Source of the DNA: a virus
Virus record (IMG/VR): IMGVR_UViG_3300043331_000441
Location: 1-64,000 of that record
DNA length: 64,000 nt
Strand: one strand, 5' to 3'
The position numbers and the translations under genes were made by a program. The first letter of the stretch is position 1. Each line of letters starts with the position of its first letter. The notes beneath the pieces are model-generated. The model saw nothing but the letters and a program-made list of their open reading frames with translations, was not told where the DNA came from and ran no database searches. Of the stretch, positions 28,559 to 37,950 are shown in pieces.

Positions 28559-28942
28559 ATGAGGCTCTGGCACGACGATGTTCGACCGCCGCCAGATACG
28601 ACGTGGACGTGGGTGCGTACCAACGATCAAGCAATCGAGATCCTGCAACGGTGGGAGCCGGTGGTTGAGGAAATCTCGATGGACCACGACCTTGGTGTCC
28701 ATGTGCTCGATCCAGCTGACTTAGAGGACATGGAGTGGGACGAGTTCATGGACAAGGTTGACTCCGGGGAAATCGAAACCACATCAGAGACAGGCCTTGA
28801 TCTTGTCGAATGGATGGTGGCGAACGATCGGGTGCCCACGAAGATCACGATCCACAGCCATAACCCGGACGGGGCACATCGGATGGCAATGCGGTTCGTG
28901 GACGCAGGCCACGAGTGCGTGCTAGCACCGTTCAGGCCCTGA
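28559..28942 (+). CDS. cyclic-phosphate processing receiver (cREC) domain protein
   Basis: LWHDDVRPPP...ISMDHDLG...TGLD...TIHSHNPDG. Confidence 0.8.
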   Translation: MRLWHDDVRPPPDTTWTWVRTNDQAIEILQRWEPVVEEISMDHDLGVHVLDPADLEDMEWDEFMDKVDSGEIETTSETGLDLVEWMVANDRVPTKITIHSHNPDGAHRMAMRFVDAGHECVLAPFRP

Positions 28943-28952
28943 AAGGAGAGCA

Positions 28953-29288
28953 ATGGCAAAGCGCGCGTTTTGGCCGGGCTTCGCCTGGCGTATCCTCGCG
29001 CATGAACGCGAGGAGATTAAGAAAGACTCGCCACACACTGGCAAATCCATCGACATCGACTCCGGCATAAGTCGTACGTCGAGCGGTTATCCAGGAATCC
29101 GAGCACAGTTCGCTGGTAACTGGGAGTTCGACGAACTCGTGATCGACCACTGGTTCCATCTGGAACAGATGAACGACCGCCACTGGTGGATCGGGATTGG
29201 CGACCCCGGTAACGGCGACTACTACCACGTTCACGTCACGATCGACGGCAACAAGAAGGTCACTGTCTCCGTCGAAAACGAGTCATGA
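28953..29288 (+). CDS. hypothetical protein
   Basis: GAAAGGAG RBS; FDELVIDHWFHLEQM. Confidence 0.7.
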   Translation: MAKRAFWPGFAWRILAHEREEIKKDSPHTGKSIDIDSGISRTSSGYPGIRAQFAGNWEFDELVIDHWFHLEQMNDRHWWIGIGDPGNGDYYHVHVTIDGNKKVTVSVENES

Positions 29289-29440
29289 ACAACCTGCGCT
29301 ATCAGTTGCGGCTGATCGCGCGTCATCGCCGCTACGGAGGCGGGCAACAGGCGCTGAGCTTCGCGCTTCGGCATTGGCGCTTCTGGCTTTGGGGTGCCCC
29401 TCCGCCGGATGAGCGGTACACACACATTGGGAAGGAGTGA
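29285..29440 (+). CDS. 51-aa hypothetical protein
   Basis: ATGA coupling; fills the gap. Confidence 0.5.
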   Translation: MNNLRYQLRLIARHRRYGGGQQALSFALRHWRFWLWGAPPPDERYTHIGKE

Positions 29441-29441
29441 G

Positions 29442-29711
29442 ATGGAACGTATTGGGATTGGGATGCTTGCGGGCGAGGCGTCCGGGGCAATCAGGAATGG
29501 CCGAACAGTGATCAAACAGAACTCAGAGCCGGGGGATGCGCACCCGGACGGGACGTTGGGGACAGTGATGTCATCGATCCCGGTACCAATCGAAATTCGT
29601 GCCGGTGCAATCGCGGAAGGTTACGGCGACTGTGAGTACTTCTACTTCATCGACTGGGGTGGTGGTATTCCGGTTGGCACGATCGACTCGAAAGTAAAGG
29701 AGAACGTGTGA
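29442..29711 (+). CDS. hypothetical protein
   Basis: GAAGGAG RBS. Confidence 0.6.
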   Translation: MERIGIGMLAGEASGAIRNGRTVIKQNSEPGDAHPDGTLGTVMSSIPVPIEIRAGAIAEGYGDCEYFYFIDWGGGIPVGTIDSKVKENV

Positions 29712-30205
29712 CAGCAGCAGAAAAACTCGCATCGTTTATCGCCGAGTCGCAGGCAAAGATCCGTCGTGTTGGCGAGGAATTCGAGGACCCGGACGACGAC
29801 TGGATGTCCGTCGCATTCCTTGAGGGTCAGAACGACGTCTACGTCGTTGGGATGGCGGCCGATATGTTCGCCAACGACGACACCAAGGACGTGCTCGCCC
29901 AGTGGCTCAAGTTCGCGATGCAGTCCCTCAAGGCCGAGCGGTATGCCGTGCTCTTCAACGTGCATGGGTTGGAAAACCCATCCGAGGAGGACTGGGAAGC
30001 GCATCGCAACGGCAAGCGAATCTCCGAGTTCCCCAACGCGTACGAGATGCTGATGCTGATCGCGGGCGATGCAGAGCAAGAGCTGTGTTGCCAGGCAAGG
30101 ATCAACCGCGATGGCAAGACTCCGCCGACACTCGCTGAGTGGGAGATCGTGTCACAGTTTGGGGGGCGGTTCGCCAACCTCAACGAACGGATGCGTGCCG
30201 CATGA
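29708..30205 (+). CDS. hypothetical protein
   Basis: AAAGGAGAAC, GTGA coupling. Confidence 0.75.
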   Translation: MTAAEKLASFIAESQAKIRRVGEEFEDPDDDWMSVAFLEGQNDVYVVGMAADMFANDDTKDVLAQWLKFAMQSLKAERYAVLFNVHGLENPSEEDWEAHRNGKRISEFPNAYEMLMLIAGDAEQELCCQARINRDGKTPPTLAEWEIVSQFGGRFANLNERMRAA

Positions 30206-30381
30206 ATACCGACCCAAGTTTCTGGCATAAAGCTGGACTAGCCGACCGTGAAGCTGGCAACGACCAACCAGGGGTGACGTCCGAGGATTTCCATCGGGAG
30301 ATCACGGACTATGACCTCGCGCGTCGTTGCGCAGAGGCGTACAACGCGGGGTTCGAGGGGCGCCCCCGACCCCGACGCTGA
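30202..30381 (+). CDS. small hypothetical protein
   Basis: ATGA coupling. Confidence 0.55.
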   Translation: MNTDPSFWHKAGLADREAGNDQPGVTSEDFHREITDYDLARRCAEAYNAGFEGRPRPRR

Positions 30382-30833
30382 TGGAACGCTGGACGCAACG
30401 CTGTCAAGACGGACGTGCCTGCGCATGGTCAGGGGAACCCGCGTTCGTGCCAGACGGCATCACGATCTGCGACTCATGCCTCAAGTCGGCGCTTGATCTC
30501 AAATCAGCTTACGCGGTCGGATGCAATTGCTGCGAGCTGGAGGAGGATGCCGTCACAGAAGCGAGTGCGCTGGCAGCAATCCGTGGAGCGCTCGACGGGA
30601 CGCTTCGCTTCGAGCGCTACTACGTCACAGCCCGTACTCAGTACTACGACAAAGAAGGGAAACCGACCGACGACGTCTTGAAAGCATCAGTCACCAGGAC
30701 GAAATCGTTCTACTGCGTGATGGATGCGAGCGTCCCGTTCGCAGAACGGGAACCGATCGAAGAATTCGAGGGGCACCCCGGATGGGACAAAGCGAGGAAA
30801 CTCGTCAACAGACTGAACAAGGAGGTGACATGA
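30381..30833 (+). CDS. hypothetical protein with Cys motifs
   Basis: TGATG coupling. Confidence 0.65.
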   Translation: MERWTQRCQDGRACAWSGEPAFVPDGITICDSCLKSALDLKSAYAVGCNCCELEEDAVTEASALAAIRGALDGTLRFERYYVTARTQYYDKEGKPTDDVLKASVTRTKSFYCVMDASVPFAEREPIEEFEGHPGWDKARKLVNRLNKEVT

Positions 30834-31045
30834 CAAAGAAGGCAGCATTCGTTGATCTGCCAGCAGCAGATTTCCCGTTCCGCATCCGAATCGTCGATGA
30901 CGAGCGTGGTGTGGTCTGGGAGGAAACAGTGGACGGTCCGGGCGCGCTAGCGGTGCCCGGATTTGGGCCAGAACGAGCCGATCACCGGCACGTCGAGGTT
31001 GTGTACCCAGACGGTTCGGTGGTTAGCACGAAGGAAGGAGACTGA
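30830..31045 (+). CDS. hypothetical protein
   Basis: AAGGAGGT RBS. Confidence 0.6.
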   Translation: MTKKAAFVDLPAADFPFRIRIVDDERGVVWEETVDGPGALAVPGFGPERADHRHVEVVYPDGSVVSTKEGD

Positions 31046-31046
31046 A

Positions 31047-31658
31047 ATGCCTACCGGATATACCTCGGATCTGTACGAAGGCAAGAACATCACATTCACG
31101 GAGTTCGCGCTCAAGTGTGCGCGGGGCATGGGGGCAGCGGTCATGCTGCGCGACCACGACTTCGCTGTGTTGCCGACGCCCGAGAACGTGCAGAGCACGA
31201 ACTACGCAGAGCAGCGTCTGCCTGAGGCGCAGGCAGCGCTCGCGCGTTGCGAGGCGCTCTCTCTCAATGATTGGAGGGTGGAAACAGAGCAATACAACAA
31301 AGACACGCGCAAGGCGCGCGACGAGGTGATCGAGAAGAACGAGCGGATGCGCACCGCCTATACGGAGATGATCGCGCAGGTCGAGGCGTGGGAACCGCCA
31401 AGCGAGGATCACGTCCCCTTCAAAGAGTTCATGCTGCAGCAACTCAACGACTCGTTGAAGCATGACGTCGACGACAACGTCGAACAGTGGTACAAGACCC
31501 GCACTGTCGAAGAGCACCGTGAAGCAACGCTTGCGCGCTTGCGGCGCGAGGTTGAGTACTACGCCGAAGAGGCGGAGAAGGATCGTAAGCGCAACGAGGG
31601 TCGCGCGAAGTGGGTGCAGCAGCTGTACGAGTCACTCGACGTAGGGGTGCCCTTGTGA
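31047..31658 (+). CDS. conserved phage hypothetical protein (MPTGYT family)
   Basis: MPTGYT...FALKCARGMGA...W.PP...H..FKEFM..Q. Confidence 0.75.
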   Translation: MPTGYTSDLYEGKNITFTEFALKCARGMGAAVMLRDHDFAVLPTPENVQSTNYAEQRLPEAQAALARCEALSLNDWRVETEQYNKDTRKARDEVIEKNERMRTAYTEMIAQVEAWEPPSEDHVPFKEFMLQQLNDSLKHDVDDNVEQWYKTRTVEEHREATLARLRREVEYYAEEAEKDRKRNEGRAKWVQQLYESLDVGVPL

Positions 31659-32005
31659 TCGAATACCGCGCCATCGTCCGCAAGAAGATGAAATTCGAAA
31701 GCGGCTTCGAACTCGACGGCGGCGCTCATATCTACGTGCGCGAGACGCCGGAGGGTTGGATCGGCTCGTACTACACGTCCAAAGCAAGCTGTTATAGCTT
31801 TGCGATCGAAGAGGATGCGTTCTCGATCCTCCGTCGTGGCGATATCGCTGAGATGTTCATTGTCGTGATGCCCGATGGAGAGCCAACCGTCGATGTGGAG
31901 AAGGAGAATGACCTCGCACGACGTCGTCTGAAAGCCAAGATCGCTGCACACGAGATACAAGCGCAGGAGCTGAAGAAACTACTCGATAAGGAGGTGGGGT
32001 CGTGA
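31655..32005 (+). CDS. hypothetical protein
   Basis: GTGA coupling. Confidence 0.6.
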   Translation: MIEYRAIVRKKMKFESGFELDGGAHIYVRETPEGWIGSYYTSKASCYSFAIEEDAFSILRRGDIAEMFIVVMPDGEPTVDVEKENDLARRRLKAKIAAHEIQAQELKKLLDKEVGS

Positions 32006-32110
32006 TCGTTCGGTACAACCTTCGCGTAGACTTCGCGTTGTAAGGAGGCGTTTCTGATCGGCCTCCAGCCCTAGGCGGGCGAATCAAAACAACAAGAGGA
32101 AGGACACATC

Positions 32111-33061
32111 ATGAGCGGTATCTGGGAGTCCGTGGACATCATTCAGTCCACCGACGAGAACGTGGCCAAGTACGTCTTCAAGAAAGACGACGCGGTCGCG
32201 GAAGCTGTGCTGTACAAGTACCCAACTTACGACCAGCGCACGGTGATCTGTTGTTCCACGCAGTCGGGGTGCCCCGTGGGCTGCCGTTTCTGCGGTGCCG
32301 GGGACTACTTCGTCCGCAGCCTCACATCAAGTGAGATCGTCGCGCAGCCCGTGCGGCTACTCGACGACACAAACGTCGATCCGGCACGAATCGAGCGGCT
32401 GCAGATCATGTTCATGAGCATGGGCGAGCCGCTGCTCAACATGAAGGCGCTCATTCCCGCGCTCGCCGATCTGTACGACCGCTATCCCAACGCGGCGTTA
32501 CTGATCTCTACCTCTGCGCCAAAGATCAACTACGACGAAGTGATCGGCATCTCGCGGGTGATCCCAACGATCGGGCTGCAGTTCTCGATCCACGAATCAA
32601 CCGACGAGGCACGCGACAAGTTGATTCCCTTTAAGCAGAAGCTGTCGTTGGCATCGATCGCACTCGTTGGCCAACAGTGGTATCTCGCCACCGGACGCAG
32701 GCCGTTCTTCAACTACTGCGCTCACGAGGGGAACTCGTCCGACCTCGACGCCGATCGCTTGCTCGGTCTCTTCGATCCTGCGGTGTGGGAATGCACGATC
32801 TCGGTGATCTGTGAACGCGACGAGTCAGTCGCAGCGGCGAATGCGCGCCAGCGTGAGCTTGCGTTGGGTTTCGCCGGGAAGATGCTTGCGCGCGACTTCT
32901 CGACGAGAACGTTTGACCCTGCCGGTCAAGACGACATCGGCGGCGGCTGCGGGCAACTGTGGTTTGTGCAGGACTGGATGCGGGAGCATCCGGAGCAGGC
33001 GCGTCCGTCAATCGGCCATAGCCTGCCGATGATTCATACACCAGCGCTCACGCCAGCGTGA
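32111..33061 (+). CDS. RlmN/Cfr-family radical SAM RNA methyltransferase-like protein
   Basis: STQSGCPVGCRFC, MSMGEP, LQFSIH, DIGGGCGQL. Confidence 0.85.
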   Translation: MSGIWESVDIIQSTDENVAKYVFKKDDAVAEAVLYKYPTYDQRTVICCSTQSGCPVGCRFCGAGDYFVRSLTSSEIVAQPVRLLDDTNVDPARIERLQIMFMSMGEPLLNMKALIPALADLYDRYPNAALLISTSAPKINYDEVIGISRVIPTIGLQFSIHESTDEARDKLIPFKQKLSLASIALVGQQWYLATGRRPFFNYCAHEGNSSDLDADRLLGLFDPAVWECTISVICERDESVAAANARQRELALGFAGKMLARDFSTRTFDPAGQDDIGGGCGQLWFVQDWMREHPEQARPSIGHSLPMIHTPALTPA

Positions 33062-33075
33062 GAAAGGAGAACACG

Positions 33076-33303
33076 ATGAGTGAACCTGTGTGGCAAAGCA
33101 GGTTGGACGACAAGTACGACGTCAGCGTCACGCAAAACGACGAGGACGCATATAAGGGCACGCTCCGCGTCGTGGAAAACGGTGACGTGCTTCTCGAAGA
33201 GCCGGTCGGCATCTCCTATGGGGCACCCTTTGGGCCAGACGTTGCTGACGTGGCGGAATGGCAGCAGCGCGCCGCCGAATTCATCGATGGAAGGGAGACG
33301 TAA
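33076..33303 (+). CDS. hypothetical protein
   Basis: Start motif. Confidence 0.7.
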   Translation: MSEPVWQSRLDDKYDVSVTQNDEDAYKGTLRVVENGDVLLEEPVGISYGAPFGPDVADVAEWQQRAAEFIDGRET

Positions 33304-33524
33304 TGGTTGTCCAGGTAGAACTGAGCGAAGAGGACTTCGCGCAGATCAAGACCGGCCTCAACCTGGCCGAGATGATGGCCGACGCGATCGCCGACGCAAC
33401 CGTGCCAGTCGCCGGGTTCAAGGCTGAGATTCTCGCAGGGATCGGCGTCGAGACAGGCAAGCAGCTGGTCAAACAGGCGTTGGAAGCGGCCGATCGCGCC
33501 AAGCTCGCGGTGCGCGGCAGATGA
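33303..33524 (+). CDS. hypothetical protein
   Basis: TAATG coupling. Confidence 0.65.
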   Translation: MVVQVELSEEDFAQIKTGLNLAEMMADAIADATVPVAGFKAEILAGIGVETGKQLVKQALEAADRAKLAVRGR

Positions 33525-33838
33525 TGCGCGAACTAACTCAGCCAGAGCTAGACAAGCTGCTCGGCGACTTCTTCGTCTGTCCGTTCTGCGAATCGGAGGA
33601 GTGGTACGAAGGCCCATCGGGTGGGATGTCGCAGAACGTGTACTGCGCTAATGAGGAGTGCGGCGCAGGCTTCAACGTGATGGGGCCCAAGCCCGTCAAC
33701 GTCGGCGGACAGTTGATCCTTCCGCCGAAGGGAGGCGACCCAGGCCCGGTTCTTACCCTGGTACAGCCAACGGTGGACGAGCCGGAGGTTCGGCTGCCAT
33801 GGTGGAAGCGACTCTTTGCACACCGGCATGAGCCATGA
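33521..33838 (+). CDS. Zn-ribbon protein, paralog of 62014..62310
   Basis: CPFC...GGMSQNVYCANEECGAGFNV. Confidence 0.7.
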   Translation: MMRELTQPELDKLLGDFFVCPFCESEEWYEGPSGGMSQNVYCANEECGAGFNVMGPKPVNVGGQLILPPKGGDPGPVLTLVQPTVDEPEVRLPWWKRLFAHRHEP

Positions 33839-34086
33839 GTGGTTGTTCGATCACCATTCGCCACCGAAGAGACGGCCCACGCTATGTCGTGCGCTACCGC
33901 ATAGGCGGACGCGATACGCCGCTCACACACGCGGGATCGTTCAAAACACTCGGCGAAGCAACCCTTCGTCGCGGGCTGATCCTCGACGAGCTGGCAATGG
34001 GGCGCAATCCGGCGTTGATCCTGCGCTCGTTGCAGGACGCAATCGAGGGCAAGACGGTGCCAATGCCTTCTTTGGATCAGAAGTGA
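33835..34086 (+). CDS. stand-alone integrase Arm-like DNA-binding domain protein
   Basis: RYVVRYRIGGR...GSFKT..EA; no catalytic domain. Confidence 0.5.
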   Translation: MSGCSITIRHRRDGPRYVVRYRIGGRDTPLTHAGSFKTLGEATLRRGLILDELAMGRNPALILRSLQDAIEGKTVPMPSLDQK

Positions 34087-34202
34087 GGGGCGCCCTCGCA
34101 GAACTGTGGCGGGGCAACTGCACGTATCGGGAGCCGCAGGACGAGACGTGTCCGCGCTGTCGGCTGCGTCGCCGTACGGGCTGGCTCTGGATCCGCCGCC
34201 AT

Positions 34203-34241
34203 TTGACAAACTTGGCACTTCGCCGCGAAGTGCGTTAGTCT
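34203..34241 (+). promoter_or_regulatory. promoter with overlapping palindromic operator
   Basis: TTGACA 34203; TTGGCA-18-TAGTCT; inverted repeat GCACTTCGC-C-GCGAAGTGC 34215-34233. Confidence 0.5.
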
Positions 34242-34329
34242 CGTCGCGGCGTTCAAAAGAACGCGAACGGCCCCAAGAAGCTCCCGTTTCCTGAGGCCGT
34301 CAAATCTCCACTCCAATTGGAGAGAAATC

Positions 34330-34641
34330 CTGAAAACCAGTCTACCCGATGGTACGGAAGTCAAACTGACGCGAGGCCAGTCGCGCGTCCTGATTCACAT
34401 CTTCATGTACCAACGGAGATTCATGCAATCTCCGTTTTGGCCAGAAATCGCACATGACACCGATATTCATCGGGGCGAGGTGGCCAAGATCCTCAGCAAG
34501 CTGAGGCGTCGCGGGTTTTTGACCTACGAAGAGAAGCCTCGCAGCATCCTGCTCACTGACGCAGGTATGCGCGTTGCCCTTGAGTGGTATCAGCAAAAGG
34601 GCGACACATGGCGAGCACCGCATCGCTGGAAGTACCTCTAG
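34330..34641 (+). CDS. LexA-like winged-helix DNA-binding protein (probable CTG start)
   Basis: KLTRGQSRVL...PFWPEIA...LSKLRRRGFL...PRSI; in-frame extension upstream of ATG 34405. Confidence 0.6.
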   Translation: MKTSLPDGTEVKLTRGQSRVLIHIFMYQRRFMQSPFWPEIAHDTDIHRGEVAKILSKLRRRGFLTYEEKPRSILLTDAGMRVALEWYQQKGDTWRAPHRWKYL

Positions 34642-34795
34642 CGCGCTGGACATACTCCGCCAGCGTTGCGTCGGCTGTACGTGGAGGTGCTCTCGTGCGA
34701 CGACGAGGGTATGCGGTGACGGCGAATGGTCAGGTGGAGGCGTGGAAGGGTACGGGGCGTGCTGCGCCTTCGGCTTGCACGAGAAAGGAGAACAG

Positions 34796-35020
34796 ATGAC
34801 AACGATCGAACAACCAATCACCGACGTCTGGGTTGATGACAAGGTGCCGGAGAAGTTCACGCACCTGTACAGGTCGTACTCCGATACGGCGTATTGCGGG
34901 GCGCCCCGCCGACTGAGTGTCTGCGCTGGGCATCCAGCAGTCACCTGGAAGCCAGGGATGATGAACTGCCCCATCGACGGCACGCCGATTTGCACGGAAT
35001 GCCTACTGCTTGCGGGCTGA
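34796..35020 (+). CDS. small Cys-rich protein
   Basis: Start motif; CP..ICTEC. Confidence 0.65.
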   Translation: MTTIEQPITDVWVDDKVPEKFTHLYRSYSDTAYCGAPRRLSVCAGHPAVTWKPGMMNCPIDGTPICTECLLLAG

Positions 35021-35030
35021 AAGGAGAACA

Positions 35031-35429
35031 ATGCACCGCGAAGGCAACGACGACTTCGCCTTCAGGCCTGTCCACCAAACACAGATAGTCCGCGACGGCG
35101 AGTTCCTCTACGAGGAGGCGATCACGCCAGCCTGCGACTTCTGCTTGGACAGTCGCGTGGTCTGGGAGTATCCCTGCGCAACCTTCGTGCTCGACGATGA
35201 CTTCGGCTCAGACGGTGCGTGGCTCGCGTGCGCGCGCTGCGCTGAGTTGATCGAAGAACGGTTGCTGCCTGCGCTGACATTGCGCAGCCTGAAATCGAAG
35301 GAGGCCCGCGGCGAGAAGATCACTGGCGACGCCATCGATCGCATCGGCCGCATCCAGCAGGGCTTCTTCGACCATCGCAACGGCGAGCGGTTCGTATGCA
35401 AGGAGGCCGCGAATGCGCAGCAACCTTGA
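35031..35429 (+). CDS. Zn-binding hypothetical protein
   Basis: Start motif; CDFC...W.AC..C. Confidence 0.7.
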   Translation: MHREGNDDFAFRPVHQTQIVRDGEFLYEEAITPACDFCLDSRVVWEYPCATFVLDDDFGSDGAWLACARCAELIEERLLPALTLRSLKSKEARGEKITGDAIDRIGRIQQGFFDHRNGERFVCKEAANAQQP

Positions 35430-35706
35430 CCTACTGATGGCAGAGATGGGGAAGCACACCATACGAGCGCATGCGCTTCAAGACGAAGCCCGTGCCCTCG
35501 CGCGCGACGCAGGCGAACTACAGGCGATGGCGATGGCCGTAAGTGAGGAGATTCGCCTCGATGGGACACCGAACGCCGCGTCGATCCCGGAGAAGCAATG
35601 CCCGAATCGGTACGCGCACAAGTCTCACCTTTGGCGAGACGAGGACTACGGCAAGGCCGTTTGGCCGACATGCCGCTGTTCGGGAAGGAGCACTGACGCG
35701 ACATGA
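35413..35706 (+). CDS. hypothetical protein
   Basis: AAGGAGG RBS. Confidence 0.6.
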   Translation: MRSNLDLLMAEMGKHTIRAHALQDEARALARDAGELQAMAMAVSEEIRLDGTPNAASIPEKQCPNRYAHKSHLWRDEDYGKAVWPTCRCSGRSTDAT

Positions 35707-35909
35707 CGCGCACGAAAGAAAGGGAACTCGTCGAGGAACAGCTTCTCGCTGAGCTTGCGCCCGACGTCAGAGCGCATCTCGAACAAATGATCATCGACCT
35801 AGAGACGTACGAGACGAGGGCAGCACAGGCGTTTGTAGTCGGGCGCGGCGGGCCGATCAGACGCATACGCGACTGGTGGCTACTGCGAAAAATGAAAGGA
35901 GAAACATGA
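35703..35909 (+). CDS. hypothetical protein
   Basis: ATGA coupling. Confidence 0.6.
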   Translation: MTRTKERELVEEQLLAELAPDVRAHLEQMIIDLETYETRAAQAFVVGRGGPIRRIRDWWLLRKMKGET

Positions 35910-36169
35910 AGCCAGTGACCGTCTCGCAGCAAAGAAAGAACGCTCGCGAGCGCGGGTTCGCGGTCGGATGCGGCTCAGGCCTACACATGGACATTGGGCG
36001 ATGCGACTGCCCGGAACCGATTCCTGATCCCTTCGATCCGGACTGGCGCGCATGGCCAAGCTGGCAGATGATCGTGCGCCACCCACTGCGCAGCATTTAC
36101 GTGCGGTTCTGGGGTGCGGGTACGCCGCGCTTCCAACTCCGCAAAGTCAAGGAAAGGAGAACAAAATGA
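35906..36169 (+). CDS. hypothetical protein
   Basis: GAAAGGAGAA, ATGA coupling. Confidence 0.65.
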   Translation: MKPVTVSQQRKNARERGFAVGCGSGLHMDIGRCDCPEPIPDPFDPDWRAWPSWQMIVRHPLRSIYVRFWGAGTPRFQLRKVKERRTK

Positions 36170-36531
36170 CGTACCCCATAGCATCAGTGATCTACGGCTG
36201 CCCATATCCACAAGGGCACCCGGATGGCGACACGTTCGAGGCGCTCATGGACGACCACTTCGGCGAGGACGCGATCTTCGGCTTGTCGCAGGACGAAGAG
36301 TCACTGTGGGAAAGCAATTACAGCGCCTCCCCCAGCGGGGATCCCGCCGGATACTTTGGCGAACTGCTACACGCAGCCGATGGCTACTGGGAACTGCAGC
36401 CAGAGTGGTTTCAGCAGCCGGTTCCTGCAGACGTAGTTGTCCGCGTTGATGCCGCCTGGGAGACATTGCCAGAGCCGGTGCGCGAAGCCTTAGGGCGCCC
36501 CCGGTTGGCAATCGCATGGAGCGACTCATGA
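36166..36531 (+). CDS. hypothetical protein
   Basis: Start motif. Confidence 0.7.
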   Translation: MTYPIASVIYGCPYPQGHPDGDTFEALMDDHFGEDAIFGLSQDEESLWESNYSASPSGDPAGYFGELLHAADGYWELQPEWFQQPVPADVVVRVDAAWETLPEPVREALGRPRLAIAWSDS

Positions 36532-36698
36532 ACGAACTCCAGAACCCGACAATCGACGAAACGCCTGTAAGCGAAGACGAGGCCGAACCAGAACTCGCTC
36601 ATTGGATGCATCCCACAGACGTTCAGATGGAACTGATGAACGAGGGGCGCTTCCCACGGCTGGATGGACTGAGCTGGGTCTTCCCAGGAGGGCAGTGA
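36528..36698 (+). CDS. small acidic protein
   Basis: ATGA coupling. Confidence 0.5.
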   Translation: MNELQNPTIDETPVSEDEAEPELAHWMHPTDVQMELMNEGRFPRLDGLSWVFPGGQ

Positions 36699-36702
36699 AA
36701 AA

Positions 36703-37482
36703 ATGAAGCGCGGACGACTGACCTTCCACAGCGAGACAGGCACGGAAGGTGGTTACTGGGCGTTCCAGGACGAGCAGTTCATCACGCTCGAACCGCCGAA
36801 GTGGGGTGTCTTCGCAGAGCGCGCCGTCTTCGATCCAGAGAATCCTGTACGCACGGGCGTCATGGCAAACGACGTCCACGTCCTCCACGACGGCGTATGG
36901 CTTCCGCTTCCTGATCCCATCCAGACAGACCCGGACTACTACATCTCATCTCTCTTCAACGGAGAGCACAAAGGGGACCGCGAGGCCGACGCGCGCCTGA
37001 TGGAACGCTACGGCTTCACAATGAAATACGCCGCCGACCGCATGAACGAGGCGGTCGGGGAGGGCAACTGGACGCTCGAAGAGCCAACCACTGCTGTCGC
37101 CAACGATGGCAAGCGCTACCACTATGGGGGCACCCCGCACGCCGAGCGTCCCTACGGCGTGCGACCGGGTGAGATCACACGTGGCACCGTCATCTGGGAG
37201 GACGGCGAAGAAGATGTCCGCACCTCCGCCGAGCTACTCGTCGAGCAGTGGAGCTATGAGGGGCTGCATTACCTCAAGGACGGCGACTACCTGCGCATCT
37301 TTGATCGGGAAGACCCATCCCAAGTTGTCTGGGAGGGAACGATCAGGCTCCGCCAGCACGAGCCGTTCGCAGAGTCAGCGTTCGGCTACTGGATTCACGC
37401 CGATCATGAAGGGGTGCCCCGCGAGGAATGGGCGAAGTTCTTCCTTGGGGACACGTACTCGGGAGAACTGGAGTCAGCATGA
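36703..37482 (+). CDS. hypothetical phage protein
   Basis: FHSETGTEGGYWAFQD...YEGLHYLKDGD. Confidence 0.75.
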   Translation: MKRGRLTFHSETGTEGGYWAFQDEQFITLEPPKWGVFAERAVFDPENPVRTGVMANDVHVLHDGVWLPLPDPIQTDPDYYISSLFNGEHKGDREADARLMERYGFTMKYAADRMNEAVGEGNWTLEEPTTAVANDGKRYHYGGTPHAERPYGVRPGEITRGTVIWEDGEEDVRTSAELLVEQWSYEGLHYLKDGDYLRIFDREDPSQVVWEGTIRLRQHEPFAESAFGYWIHADHEGVPREEWAKFFLGDTYSGELESA

Positions 37483-37940
37483 GCGCATTGGAATTCACCC
37501 AGGACGAAATCAAGAAGCGCGAGGCGGTGCTGACGCCGCTGGATCCATCCCAACGCTACGACGCAGAAGCGTGGCTCTGTAGTTACGAGACGGACGCATA
37601 CGAGGATCAACTAGGGATCAGGCACAACGCGTGGGTTGTCTGGGACCGCCAGATCATCCACGTCACCCACTCGTTTGAGCAATACGAGTACTACGGCAGG
37701 GAGTTTTTCAACTCTGGTCGTTTCGGACGCTCGGACGATGAGCGTGAGTGGCGTTACCACGCGAACCTCGTTGATTACACCGGTGGCGGAAGCTGGGAGG
37801 TGACGCGAGGAGACGATGGTCTAGGCAATGGCCGTATCTGGCGGAAGGCTCCCTACACCACGCCGGACCTTCCCGTGCGTGGGTACATGCTGCCGAACGG
37901 TATGCGCGCATCCAAACTGATTCCAGGCGGCAACAGGTGA
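37479..37940 (+). CDS. hypothetical protein
   Basis: ATGA coupling. Confidence 0.65.
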   Translation: MSALEFTQDEIKKREAVLTPLDPSQRYDAEAWLCSYETDAYEDQLGIRHNAWVVWDRQIIHVTHSFEQYEYYGREFFNSGRFGRSDDEREWRYHANLVDYTGGGSWEVTRGDDGLGNGRIWRKAPYTTPDLPVRGYMLPNGMRASKLIPGGNR

Positions 37941-37950
37941 AAGGAGAACA

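Noticed and set aside
33835-34086. Integrase or prophage att site
   Set aside because: Only an Arm-like N-terminal domain; no catalytic tyrosine recombinase domain or att repeat seen.
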